Source: Candidatus Latescibacterota bacterium
Lineage (GTDB): Bacteria > Latescibacterota > UBA2968
Reading direction: 5' to 3'
NCBI GenBank assembly: GCA_965204375.1
Contig: OZ241986.1
Coordinates: 2,560,001-2,624,000, forward strand
DNA length: 64,000 nucleotides
This document shows positions 19,539 through 29,769 of the stretch, in pieces. How positions within the stretch are numbered: the stretch's first letter is position 1; every line of letters starts with the position of its first letter. The position numbers were made by a program, and so were the translations under genes. Below the pieces are notes generated by a model. That model saw only the letters and a program-made list of their open reading frames with translations. It was not told the DNA's origin and ran no database searches.

Positions 19539-20669
19539 ATGGCAGATCTACTTTCAGAACGCATTGTACGCATTGAAAAAGTAATGTTAAAAAGTCGGCG
19601 TCCCCGCTTTGTGGGCGTAAATTCCAAAGGTGGTCCAGGAGGAAATATAGTTACGGATCACGTCGTTCGCATCCATACAGATAGCGGAGCCATTGGCGTT
19701 GGCTGGTCGCGCATAAACCGCAAACAGGCCGAACAGTTTTTGGGAAAAAAATTGAATGAACTCTTCGCATTGCCCAACGGCTGTTTAGAAGCGGGAGAAA
19801 GCATCGACTTGCCTCTGTGGGATCTGGTGGCAAAACTCTCGGATATGCCATTGTACAAACTGCTGGGCGCTCGCGGTTCCCAGGCAGTGGAACTCTACGA
19901 CGGATCGGTCTATATCGACGACCTGGAAGCGACAGATGACGAAGCAGTGTCAATTTTCCAGGAAGAAGTAAAAACCGGACAGCAATACGGATTCAAAAAT
20001 TTCAAAATAAAAATTGGACGCGGGGCAAAGTGGATGCCGATTATGAAAGGTCTGGAACGGGATGTGCTCGTCATTCAAACAATTCGAGAGGCAGCGGGGC
20101 CAGACGCCAAAATCCTCGTTGATGCCAACAATGGTACAACGCTGAATATTGCCCAGGAAATTCTCAAACGGTGTGAATCTGCAAGGATTTACTGGTTTGA
20201 GGAAGCCTTTCACGAGGAACGGGGGTTCACCGAACCTTTTAAGGCATTTATTCAGGCCTCTGGTTATGATACTTATGTCGCAGATGGCGAGTCAAAACCA
20301 CCGTCGAATTTTTTTGACATGGTAGAACGCGGCTGGATTGACATTGTGCAACACGATTTTCGCGCCAGGGGATTGACCTGGTGGAAAGCGACAGCAGACA
20401 TGATCGCGCCCTGGGGTGCGCAATGTGCCCCGCATTGCTGGGGCAGTATTATCGAACGTTACGCACACGCGCATTTTGCCGCTTCGATTCCAAATTTCTG
20501 TCTATTAGAAGCAGCCCCGGCAGATACGCAAGGCGTAGTACTCGACGGTTGGGAATTTCGGGACGGTCACCTCATAGTGCCAGATACGCCGGGAACGGGA
20601 TTTGACCTTGCGCCTGAAACAATCGCACGGGGAACACGCGAAGAAAGCGGGTTTTGCATTTCTGTATAA
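19539..20669 (+). CDS. mandelate racemase/enolase superfamily protein
   Basis: DLPLWDL, FKIKIG, VDAN, WFEE, ADGE. Confidence 0.85.
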   Translation: MADLLSERIVRIEKVMLKSRRPRFVGVNSKGGPGGNIVTDHVVRIHTDSGAIGVGWSRINRKQAEQFLGKKLNELFALPNGCLEAGESIDLPLWDLVAKLSDMPLYKLLGARGSQAVELYDGSVYIDDLEATDDEAVSIFQEEVKTGQQYGFKNFKIKIGRGAKWMPIMKGLERDVLVIQTIREAAGPDAKILVDANNGTTLNIAQEILKRCESARIYWFEEAFHEERGFTEPFKAFIQASGYDTYVADGESKPPSNFFDMVERGWIDIVQHDFRARGLTWWKATADMIAPWGAQCAPHCWGSIIERYAHAHFAASIPNFCLLEAAPADTQGVVLDGWEFRDGHLIVPDTPGTGFDLAPETIARGTREESGFCISV

Positions 20670-20683
20670 AAAAGGATAACACG

Positions 20684-21784
20684 GTGAATAACACACTTGT
20701 AGTAGCTACCCCCCAGGATGTGGGCATGTCAGCCGACCAACTCGAACGAGCCTTTGGCCTGCTCACAACCGCTACAGAATCCGGGCAAATTGGCGCGGCC
20801 TCACTGACGGTTACAAGGCACGGCAAGGAAGTCTTCGCCCGGGGATGCGGCCAACAGCACCCTCGCACAGGCCAGCCGGTTGATATGGACTCGATATTTC
20901 TCCTCGCCTCAATCACCAAGCCGGTTACGGCCTGCGCGCTGATGATTCTCGTGGATCGGGGTCTGATCTCACTCAACGATCCAGCCATCAATTATCTACC
21001 CGAATACACCGGCGGCGACCGCCCTGCCGTCAAAGTGCGCCATTTGCTCTCACACATATCCGGCATGCCCGACATGCTACCCGAAAACACCAGCTTGCGG
21101 CAGGCGCACACACCCGTAGCTGGCTTCGTCGAACGGGCACTTCAGACACCCCTACTCTACAAACCGGGAACCGATTTTTGCTACCAGAGCATGGGCATCC
21201 TGCTCGCAGCCGAAATAGTCGAACGAGTCAGCGGGCAGCGATTGCGCGACTTCGAGCGCGAGGAGATCTTCGCGCCGCTGGGAATGGCGCGAAGCGCATT
21301 GGGTATGGGCGAATGGACACTTCAGGACGTGGTGTGGTGCGGCACGGACGCCGAAGAGGATGAAGAGCAACAAAGCTGGGGTTGGAACTCCCCATATTGG
21401 CGCGACTTTGGGGCACCCTGGGGCGGCATGCACAGCACTGGACGCGATCTGGCGATCCTATTGCAAACCATGCTCAACGGCGGAACTTACGGCAATCGGC
21501 GCATCTTCAGCCGCGCCGCAGTCGCGACAATGACGCGTGATCAAAACGGAACACTCAATGCGCCGTGGGGCCTCGGTTGGGGCGTATCCGGGGCACGGGT
21601 ATGGGGCTTTTGGGGCGACCTGGTATCGCAGCGCACCTTCGGACACACCGGAGCGACCGGCACGGTAGCCTGGGCAGACGCCGAGCGACATCTCAGTTGC
21701 GTCGTGCTCACCAATCAGATGGTCGCCGAAGGAAGCCTTCTGCGACGGGTTTCCAATGCAGTCGCAGCAGCAGTAGAAGAGTAG
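20684..21784 (+). CDS. serine hydrolase, beta-lactamase class C-like
   Basis: ASITK (SxxK), LLSHISG, FCYQS, FGHTGATG. Confidence 0.9.
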   Translation: MNNTLVVATPQDVGMSADQLERAFGLLTTATESGQIGAASLTVTRHGKEVFARGCGQQHPRTGQPVDMDSIFLLASITKPVTACALMILVDRGLISLNDPAINYLPEYTGGDRPAVKVRHLLSHISGMPDMLPENTSLRQAHTPVAGFVERALQTPLLYKPGTDFCYQSMGILLAAEIVERVSGQRLRDFEREEIFAPLGMARSALGMGEWTLQDVVWCGTDAEEDEEQQSWGWNSPYWRDFGAPWGGMHSTGRDLAILLQTMLNGGTYGNRRIFSRAAVATMTRDQNGTLNAPWGLGWGVSGARVWGFWGDLVSQRTFGHTGATGTVAWADAERHLSCVVLTNQMVAEGSLLRRVSNAVAAAVEE

Positions 21785-21811
21785 TTTTCAGCCATACACT
21801 AAGGAGACAGT

Positions 21812-23533
21812 ATGAATACCGCAGCAAAAACTCGACAGACCAGACGCGACCGCGAACGCATTGCATGGTGGGAAGAAGCGCGGTTTGGCATGTTCATTCA
21901 CTGGGGCGTGTATGCGATTCCCGCGGGCAAATGGAAAGGCAAAGCCATTGAGGGCATTGGGGAATGGATTATGCGCCGCGCGGAAATTCCCGCCGAGGAA
22001 TACGAACAACTCGCCTCAAAATTCAATCCAATAAAATTCGACGCCGATGCGGTTGCCAAACTCGCGCGGGATGCGGGTATGAAATACCTCGTGATCACCG
22101 CCAAACACCACGACGGCTTTGCCATGTATGACTCTCCGTGCAGCGACTACGACATCGTCGATGCCACGCCTTATGGCAAAGATATTATGGCAGACCTCTC
22201 CAAAGCCTGCCAAAAATACGGCATTCGCCTCTGCTTCTACTACTCTCAAGATCAGGACTGGCACGACCCCAACGCCTCTGGGAATAACTGGGATTTTGAT
22301 CCCGCGACCAAAGACTTCGCCTATTATCTCGAAAACAAAGCCAAACCCCAGGTGCGCGAGTTGCTCACGCAATACGGGCCTATCGGCCTGATATGGTTTG
22401 ACACTCCCGTCTCTATCTCTCTGGAACAGAGCCTATCGCTCTCTCAACTCGTCCACGGCTTGCAACCCGACTGTCTCGTCAGTGGTCGCGTGGGCAATGG
22501 CGTGGGGGACTACGGCAGCCTGGGTGACAACCAGATCCCCACCGGTCGCCTCAAAGGCTACTGGGAGACACCCGCCACCCTCAACGATACCTGGGGCTAT
22601 AAAATCGATGACCACAACTGGAAAAGCGTGAAAACACTGCTTCACCTTCTCGTTGAGCTCACCAGCAAAGGCGTCAACTACCTGCTCAACATCGGGCCGC
22701 GTGCCGACGGCAGTGTACCCCAGCCCAGCGTCAATCGCCTTCGCGCCATTGGCGAATGGATGAAAACCAACGGCGAAGCGATCTACGGAACCAAAGCCAC
22801 GCCATATCCCTATGAATTTCCCTGGGGCGGCATCACGCAAAAAGACAACCGCCTCTACTTGCTCTTTACCACATGGCCCGGCGAAGATTTCACCCTTCTC
22901 GGCCTGCACAACCGCGTTACAAAAGCGACCTTGCTCGCTGATAAAAGCGCGCACATCGACGTCTCTCAAACCCGCGACAGCGATTGCGATATTCTAACAT
23001 TGCGCCTGCCCGAATGTCCCGATCCAAATGTCTCGGTCATCGCCCTCGACCTCGATGGCGCACCCGACGTCGATCAAACTGCCCTCCAGCAAACCGATGG
23101 CTCTATCACCATGATCGCCAGCATGGCGAACCTACACACGCCCGAATCGGGAACGCAAATCCGCATTGGCGAAACCGGCGTCATTGAAGGCTGGTTTGAC
23201 ACATCCAACTGGATCGATTGCGACTTCAAAGTTTTCAAACCCGGCACCTTTGAAATACGCGTTCACACCAGCACGCTTCGCCGCGTCCGCGAATGGACAG
23301 GCGGCCACGAAGTGTGCGTCGATATTGCGGGCAGTACATTCCACAAAACCATCACACCCGATGTCTGGAGCGACAGCCCCAAAGCGCAGTATTTCCCCGA
23401 AGCCGCAACCATTATCGGCCAGATTCAGCTCGACAAACCCGGCCTTCACACCATCGAAGTCCGCGCAGAATCTATCAACGAAAACTCCCAGGCAGGATTA
23501 TCTATCTCGGCTATTTCCTTGACACGCCAATAA
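21812..23533 (+). CDS. alpha-L-fucosidase (GH29) with C-terminal beta-sandwich domain
   Basis: RFGMFIHWG, TAKHHDGF, IWFD, LLNIGP. Confidence 0.93.
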   Translation: MNTAAKTRQTRRDRERIAWWEEARFGMFIHWGVYAIPAGKWKGKAIEGIGEWIMRRAEIPAEEYEQLASKFNPIKFDADAVAKLARDAGMKYLVITAKHHDGFAMYDSPCSDYDIVDATPYGKDIMADLSKACQKYGIRLCFYYSQDQDWHDPNASGNNWDFDPATKDFAYYLENKAKPQVRELLTQYGPIGLIWFDTPVSISLEQSLSLSQLVHGLQPDCLVSGRVGNGVGDYGSLGDNQIPTGRLKGYWETPATLNDTWGYKIDDHNWKSVKTLLHLLVELTSKGVNYLLNIGPRADGSVPQPSVNRLRAIGEWMKTNGEAIYGTKATPYPYEFPWGGITQKDNRLYLLFTTWPGEDFTLLGLHNRVTKATLLADKSAHIDVSQTRDSDCDILTLRLPECPDPNVSVIALDLDGAPDVDQTALQQTDGSITMIASMANLHTPESGTQIRIGETGVIEGWFDTSNWIDCDFKVFKPGTFEIRVHTSTLRRVREWTGGHEVCVDIAGSTFHKTITPDVWSDSPKAQYFPEAATIIGQIQLDKPGLHTIEVRAESINENSQAGLSISAISLTRQ

Positions 23534-23550
23534 ACGAATAGGAGGATATT

Positions 23551-24567
23551 ATGCCACTGGAAGTATTTGCCCTATCGCCCGAAAAGATGGAACTGCGGGA
23601 ATATGAGGTACCAAAAGTTGGAAAAGGACAGATGAAAGTGCAGAGCATGTACGCTGCTGCCAAGCACGGAACCGAGTTATCTGGCATAAAAGGCGACAGC
23701 GCGAAACGCGGACCTTATGATCCGGAACTCCAGGTATTCCCAAACACGGGCAAAGGACGGTCGTCTCGTACCGGCAATATGTTTATAGGCACTGTAATCG
23801 GCGAAGGCGTGGATGGGTTTGTAGAAGGCGACGTAGTGCTGAGCTACGGGCCATTTAGAGAAGTCCATGTCATCTCGACAGAGCGGTGCTGGAAGGTACC
23901 AGAAGGGTTTTCGTGGAAATCCGCGGTCTGTTTGGACCCGGCGGATTTTGCCATGTGTGCGATCAGAGATGGACAGGTAAGGGTCGGAGACGCCGTAGCC
24001 GTGTTTGGGATGGGAGCCATCGGACTGATGGTCGTACAAATCGCCAAACTATCCGGGGCATATCCAATTATCGCGGTCGATCCATTGGTAAACCGCCAAA
24101 AAGTGGCTCAAATCTGCGGTGCCGACCTGATCCTTGACCCCACAACCTGTGATGCGGGCGTAGAAATCAAAAAAGCAACCGGGAACCGGGGAGTAGATGT
24201 GGCAATTGACTACAGTGCCAATGTACACGCCCTGCAAGCTGCCATACGCGGCGTAGCATTTGGAGGCACCGTGGTAGCTGGTGCCGCGCCAGCACCTTAT
24301 GGTCCCGGACTGGATCTTGGCGCAGAAGCGCATTACAACCGCCCCAATCTCATCTTTTCCCGGGCATGCAGCGATCCAAACCGGGAATATCCCCGATGGG
24401 ACGAAAAACGCGTTTACGCCACCTGCTGGCGACTACTCACCGAGGGAAAACTAACGGGCGAACCCATTGTAACGCCCGTAGTCGCTTTTGAAGACCTCGT
24501 CACAGAATATCCCAAAATCACCAGCAACCCCGAACAAAATATCAAGTTAGGAGCTTATTTTAAATAG
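23551..24567 (+). CDS. zinc-binding alcohol dehydrogenase family (MDR)
   Basis: HGTEL, GDAVAVFGMGAIG, IAVDP. Confidence 0.88.
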   Translation: MPLEVFALSPEKMELREYEVPKVGKGQMKVQSMYAAAKHGTELSGIKGDSAKRGPYDPELQVFPNTGKGRSSRTGNMFIGTVIGEGVDGFVEGDVVLSYGPFREVHVISTERCWKVPEGFSWKSAVCLDPADFAMCAIRDGQVRVGDAVAVFGMGAIGLMVVQIAKLSGAYPIIAVDPLVNRQKVAQICGADLILDPTTCDAGVEIKKATGNRGVDVAIDYSANVHALQAAIRGVAFGGTVVAGAAPAPYGPGLDLGAEAHYNRPNLIFSRACSDPNREYPRWDEKRVYATCWRLLTEGKLTGEPIVTPVVAFEDLVTEYPKITSNPEQNIKLGAYFK

Positions 24568-24642
24568 CACTCGGCGTACAGACAACGTGGATGCGGGTAT
24601 TCTTAACACCCTTAAATCCCGATCCGAGGAAGGAAGGCAAAG

Positions 24643-25185
24643 ATGTCCAGCACAGAAATCAAACTTACTTCTGAAGACTACCTGAAGATGCCAGGCGATG
24701 AACGCTATGAACTCTTGAACGGAGAATTGGTTATGGCACCGGCACCACGTACAGATCATCAGATGGCTGTGATGAACCTGGGATCGCTATTGCATATATT
24801 TGTGAAAGAAAAAAATTTAGGCGTAGTGCTTGCTGCTCCCACCGACGTGGTGCTTTCGGACATAGACGTTGTGCAGCCAAACCTGTTGTTTATCTCCAAT
24901 GAGCGCGTGCATATCATCACAGATGAGAATATTCAAGGCGCGCCAGACCTGATTATAGAAGTCCTGTCTCCATCCACAGCCGAGCGCGACAGAATGTTCA
25001 AACTCGATTTGTATGCCCGGCACGGCGTAAAAGAATACTGGCTTGTAGATACCGATGCCAAAACCGTAATGGTCCTGCTCTTAGGCGAGCACCGCTTCGA
25101 GGTGATGGACATCTACGGAGAAGACCAGACTTTGATTTCGCCAACCTTGAAAGAATTCTCCCTCAATATTAGTGACACAATTTAG
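24643..25185 (+). CDS. Uma2 family endonuclease-like protein
   Basis: RYELLNGEL..APAP...HQ, GAPDLIIEVLSPST, YARHGVKEYWLVD. Confidence 0.92.
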   Translation: MSSTEIKLTSEDYLKMPGDERYELLNGELVMAPAPRTDHQMAVMNLGSLLHIFVKEKNLGVVLAAPTDVVLSDIDVVQPNLLFISNERVHIITDENIQGAPDLIIEVLSPSTAERDRMFKLDLYARHGVKEYWLVDTDAKTVMVLLLGEHRFEVMDIYGEDQTLISPTLKEFSLNISDTI

Positions 25186-25293
25186 AGACTAATGCCTTTG
25201 TAAAAGACGGCTACAACACTACGATTCGATAGGGTGAGTCAATGTGCTATGCGCTGTTCGAGAATTTTGGCCCACCAAGATAGAACCCAACAC

Positions 25294-25324
25294 AAAACAG
25301 CCATCCAATGTGGGTGGCTGTTTT
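25294..25324. terminator. bidirectional intrinsic terminator
   Basis: AAAACAGCCATCCA-atg-TGGGTGGCTGTTTT between convergent genes. Confidence 0.7.
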
Positions 25325-25389
25325 CTTCATACGTATTTGTGAATTGAACCACTATCCGCCAGCCTGCCCTGTCGCCCACTGTTCGCGTC

Positions 25390-25640
25390 TCATTCTTCGG
25401 AATAACGTTGCGTAACCGCATTTGCGGCTTCGTCGAGGCCAGGGAAAAGACTCTCGCGGATGATATTCAAGAGCCGCAATTCTCATAATATCCTGCTTAC
25501 TCGTGTATGGCACCTTGAGCGTGTAATAGTCGTAAACTGGAATGTCGGCGTTCCGATTCAGGATTTCATCGCGCTCAAACCGCTCGTGAAACACCGATCT
25601 GTTCCAGTATTCTGGAACTCATCCATACTGTCTCGCTTTC
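25390..25640 (-). pseudogene. frameshifted C-terminal remnant of an FRG-domain-like protein
   Basis: Shifting frames give WMSSRILEQ/SVF...LKVPYTSKQDIMR/LRLLNIIRESLFPGLDEAANAVTQRYSEE*, like the FRG RI.AQ..F and SLFP.LD motifs. Confidence 0.5.
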
Positions 25641-26308
25641 CACAGTTTTGCTTTCCATATTTGTGAATGAGATATATTTGTGTTAATGAGCTTTGCAGAG
25701 ACGAGATTTGCGCCAGCGACTATCGCTTTAGTCAGGTTAGCTTGGGTGAGATTGGCAGAAAAAAGATCGGCAGAGGAGAGGTCGGCTTGGGTGAGGTTCG
25801 CGGAGGAGAGGTCGGCATGACGGAGTCCGGCACAGGCAAGCTGGGCATTGTAAAGAATGGCATTGGTGAACGTGGCGTCATCCAGTTTAGCACTGATGAG
25901 ATTGGCCTGGAATAAGTTGGAAGCATGAAGATTAGAGGCAGTAAAGTCAGCTCTTTGGAGGTTGGCAAAATCGAGATTGGCCTTCTCAAGATTAGAACCT
26001 TCAAGTTTCGCTTCTTGGAGGTTCGCACAGCGAAGATTGGCTCCTGAAAGGCACGTATTGTAGAGGTTGGCTCTTTTCAAATTGGCACCGCTGAGATTAA
26101 TGCCGCTCAGATCCAGGTCGCATCTTTCTGGATTCCAGTACAGGCGTCGAATCTCAGCCGACATATCTGCGACAAGCTCTGCGCCATATCCAAATTCGCC
26201 GACAATATCCGCCCCCTCTAAATCCGGCACAAAATCTTCGCGCTCGCGTCTTTTGTTCCATGCCTCAACGCCTTCGAGAAGCCATTGAATGTGTTGTGTA
26301 TTCGCCAT
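25619..26308 (-). CDS. pentapeptide repeat protein (probably truncated)
   Basis: GVEAWNKRR N-terminus followed by many A(N/D)LxX repeats. Confidence 0.9.
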   Translation of the reverse strand: MANTQHIQWLLEGVEAWNKRREREDFVPDLEGADIVGEFGYGAELVADMSAEIRRLYWNPERCDLDLSGINLSGANLKRANLYNTCLSGANLRCANLQEAKLEGSNLEKANLDFANLQRADFTASNLHASNLFQANLISAKLDDATFTNAILYNAQLACAGLRHADLSSANLTQADLSSADLFSANLTQANLTKAIVAGANLVSAKLINTNISHSQIWKAKLWKARQYG

Positions 26309-26456
26309 ATCTCTTACTCCTCTGACCCTCGCTGCTCGTCTCTCGCCTTTTATTTTCTCATCCCTATTCTTATATGCGCCTATGCTACGGCCTCTGACCT
26401 AAGGGTTTTATCCTGATCATCCTTTCATCCTGTAAATCCTGATTCTGACAGTGTTT

Positions 26457-28352
26457 TCACCCCAACACCCGCACATCCTCTTGCCGAATAGTTATGCCCT
26501 GAGTATCGAAATAATTCAACAGCGGCACGGCAAATTTGCGCGTGGTGCCAATCAAACTGCGAAACGTCGATACATCAATCTCCCCATTTTCTTTCAGATA
26601 ATCGACCAATTGCCGCGTCACGTCTTCCATCACCTCCGGGTGAAAGAGCAACGCATCGTCCAGACGCACCAAACCTCCCATAGCCTGCATAGCCGACACC
26701 ACATCGCGCACAGATCTCGCGTTGACCTGGATGGCATCGGGCAATGTCTTCAAGTCCTCGGGCGTTGTCCCCCCATCTCTTAATACCCGCGCAATAGCAT
26801 CGCAAATCTCCTCTTGCTCGGGCGTCAACGCAATTTTGTAATCGCGCAACCGAATCAGCGCATTATCGCTTTTTAAGACACCCGCGTGAACCAAATGTTC
26901 AACACCATAGGCAAACAAATCATCAGAAGGTTCACCTTGCACCAATGCGCGAAGCTCCTCGCGACGCGCACCTATCCGGAGGGGATGCGCCTCGTGAAAA
27001 ATCCGCATCGCATCGCCAATCCCGTCCAGCAATTCCCGCCAGCACATCGCGTGGACATACATCGCTTTACCCGCCTGTACATAAGAAACCACATCATCCG
27101 AATCGACGAGCGCAATGAGCTGACTCTCGATCTCACTCACAGACACCGCCATCTCAGATGCGAGTTGTAGCGCGGTTCTCGGTTGCAATCGCGCGGCCTT
27201 TAAGCGCGTCAACAAAACCCGTGTGGGATCATCTTGCTCCAATTCTCGCAGTGCGTCATTGACATCATCCCGAAATCGTCTATGCTTTACAGGTTGCGGA
27301 TCCAACACCACACCACCGCCCAATGTTTGCACCGGTGAATACCGCCGAATCACAAACCGATCTCCCCGAGCGGCAACGCCCGGTTCCTCCAGACGCAACT
27401 GCACCAGTTGCGATTCACCCGGCAACAATGTCTCACCTTCGAGCAACACCACGCGGGCCAAAACCTCTCGCGGCCCCATAAGCAGATGTACGCGCGTGCG
27501 ATTGGTCACATGCGCGGGTGCATCGGGTAACATGTGCAAACGTGCATCGATCATATACGTCGTCTTAAAATACCCCGGTTGTACCAGAAGATCGCCCCGC
27601 GACACCTCATCGACCTCGACTCCACTCACATTAATAGCCGCACGCGCGCCCACCTGTGCCACATCTACATCCCGCCCATGCGTTTGCACACCGCGCACGC
27701 GCACATTTTTTCCCGACGGCAACAGCGACAATGCATCGCGCACGCGCACATCCCCTGAAATCACAGTACCAGTCACAACAGTCCCAAACCCCTGCACGGA
27801 AAAAGCGCGATCAACGGGCAAGCGAAAAATACCCTGATCTGGCCGCGCCTCAACCCTTGCGACCTCCGCCTCAACCGCCGAACGCAATGCATCAATCCCC
27901 TCGCCAGTAATCGACGATACGGGCACAATCGGTGCATCCTCCAAAAATGTATCTGCAAACACCTCTCGCAATTCTTCTTCCACCAACTCCAGCCACTCTT
28001 CTTCCACCAGATCGACTTTTGTCAACACCACAATACCACGGGGCACACCCAGCAGATTCAAAATGCCCAGATGCTCGCGCGTCTGCGGCATTACCCCATC
28101 ATCGGCAGCCACCACAAAAAGTGCCAGATCAACCGTACACACACCCGTCACCATATTCTTGACAAAGCGCTCGTGCCCGGGCACATCGATAATGGTCACA
28201 TTATTTTTCCAATACGCAAAGCCAATATCAATCGTCACGCCGCGATCGCGTTCCTCGGGCAAAGTATCGGTCTCAATACCCGTCAATGCCTTAACCAGCG
28301 CCGTCTTGCCGTGATCGATATGCCCGGCCGTTCCAATAATCACGTGCGCCAT
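26457..28352 (-). CDS. selB: selenocysteine-specific elongation factor
   Basis: GTAGHIDHGKT, DVPGHERFVKNM, TKVD, C-terminal RKFAVPLLNYFD; directly after selA. Confidence 0.97.
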   Translation of the reverse strand: MAHVIIGTAGHIDHGKTALVKALTGIETDTLPEERDRGVTIDIGFAYWKNNVTIIDVPGHERFVKNMVTGVCTVDLALFVVAADDGVMPQTREHLGILNLLGVPRGIVVLTKVDLVEEEWLELVEEELREVFADTFLEDAPIVPVSSITGEGIDALRSAVEAEVARVEARPDQGIFRLPVDRAFSVQGFGTVVTGTVISGDVRVRDALSLLPSGKNVRVRGVQTHGRDVDVAQVGARAAINVSGVEVDEVSRGDLLVQPGYFKTTYMIDARLHMLPDAPAHVTNRTRVHLLMGPREVLARVVLLEGETLLPGESQLVQLRLEEPGVAARGDRFVIRRYSPVQTLGGGVVLDPQPVKHRRFRDDVNDALRELEQDDPTRVLLTRLKAARLQPRTALQLASEMAVSVSEIESQLIALVDSDDVVSYVQAGKAMYVHAMCWRELLDGIGDAMRIFHEAHPLRIGARREELRALVQGEPSDDLFAYGVEHLVHAGVLKSDNALIRLRDYKIALTPEQEEICDAIARVLRDGGTTPEDLKTLPDAIQVNARSVRDVVSAMQAMGGLVRLDDALLFHPEVMEDVTRQLVDYLKENGEIDVSTFRSLIGTTRKFAVPLLNYFDTQGITIRQEDVRVLG

Positions 28353-29758
28353 CAGTCCCGCGCTCCTTTTTTTATTGCATCGCCCACAATACTCACCTCG
28401 TCATCTCTTATCGTGCGCAAATCCAGAAATAACTGGTCATCGCGCACATAGCAAACAACGGGCGGATCATGGCGGCGCAACTTATTAGAAAGGGACAAAA
28501 TATCGCCATCGGAAATAGCGACTGCAACACTCGGGATATTTTCCAAAGGCAACGCACCACTACCGGTTTGTGCATCGGAATCGACCAATTCGCACTTAAA
28601 ACCCTCAAGCTCACCGATCACCCGCAACAACCTCTGACCGCGTCGCTCAAGTGTTGTTACAGACTCTGTCAACATGCGGAGTGTGGGATGTTCGCGCGCC
28701 AATGCCTCTGGATTTAAGAACAGCTTCAACGTCGCTTCCAGCGCGGCATACGTCAGCTTCCCACAACGCAACGCGCGCATCAAGGGATTTTTGCGAATTT
28801 GTTCTACGACATTTTTTTTCCCCACAATAATCCCACACTGCGGCCCGCCGAGAACCTTATCACCGCTGAACATCACCACATCTGCCCCGGCGGAAATACT
28901 ATCGGATACCAGAGGCTCATAAGGCAATCCGTAATCCTGCAAATTGACCAGCACACCGCCGCCCAAATCGTGCGCCACAGGCACACCGCGTTGTCGTCCC
29001 AATGCCACCAGTTCTTCCAGTGCCACTTCGGCGGTAAATCCCATCACCTTGTAATTGCTCGGATGCACCGCCAGCATCACCCCCGTATTCTCCGTCAAAG
29101 CGGCTTCGTAATCGCCGAGATGAGTGCGATTGGTCGTACCCACCTCGACGAGTTGCGCCCCACTGCGCGCCATAATATCGGGAATGCGGAACGACCCTCC
29201 AATTTCGACCAGTTGCCCGCGCGACACAATCGCCTCTTTGCCACCAGCCAGTGTATTTAACGTCAACAAAACAGCCGCTGCATTGTTATTTGCAATCGCA
29301 GCGGCTTCGGCACCGGTCAACTCACACAGCAATTCTTCCACAAGCGTCGTACGCGACCCGCGTTGTCCAGTCTCCAGATCCAACTCCAGATTGCTATACG
29401 AACCAGCAATATCGGCAATATGTTTCACCGCAACATCGGACAGCGGCGCGCGTCCCAAATTGGTGTGCAAGATAACCCCAGTCGCGTTCACAACACGCCT
29501 GAGATTTGGCGCAAGCTGGTCTGCCAATTGGATCTGCACATCCCCAACAATCCATTCGGTCAACGCCTCACGAGACTCCCCCACCGATTCGCCATCGCGC
29601 ATCATCCCCCGCACGCGGTCTATCGCCCGCCGAATCATATCCGTCAAAACAGATGGCCCACAGCGCTTTGACAGCGTCTGAATCGCACGTTCATTGAGCA
29701 CCCCATCTACACCGGGAATAATTGAATAATCTATATTTTTTTTCAAATCACCATTCAT
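28352..29758 (-). CDS. selA: L-seryl-tRNA(Sec) selenium transferase
   Basis: VNATGVILHTNLGRAPL, NNNAAA, EIGGSFRIPD, FSGDKVLGGPQ. Confidence 0.97.
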   Translation of the reverse strand: MNGDLKKNIDYSIIPGVDGVLNERAIQTLSKRCGPSVLTDMIRRAIDRVRGMMRDGESVGESREALTEWIVGDVQIQLADQLAPNLRRVVNATGVILHTNLGRAPLSDVAVKHIADIAGSYSNLELDLETGQRGSRTTLVEELLCELTGAEAAAIANNNAAAVLLTLNTLAGGKEAIVSRGQLVEIGGSFRIPDIMARSGAQLVEVGTTNRTHLGDYEAALTENTGVMLAVHPSNYKVMGFTAEVALEELVALGRQRGVPVAHDLGGGVLVNLQDYGLPYEPLVSDSISAGADVVMFSGDKVLGGPQCGIIVGKKNVVEQIRKNPLMRALRCGKLTYAALEATLKLFLNPEALAREHPTLRMLTESVTTLERRGQRLLRVIGELEGFKCELVDSDAQTGSGALPLENIPSVAVAISDGDILSLSNKLRRHDPPVVCYVRDDQLFLDLRTIRDDEVSIVGDAIKKGARD

Positions 29759-29769
29759 AGCCCACCGCC

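Noticed and set aside
26457-29758. tRNA-Sec (selC) or selD near selAB
   Set aside because: No cloverleaf or SelD motifs seen in the flanks
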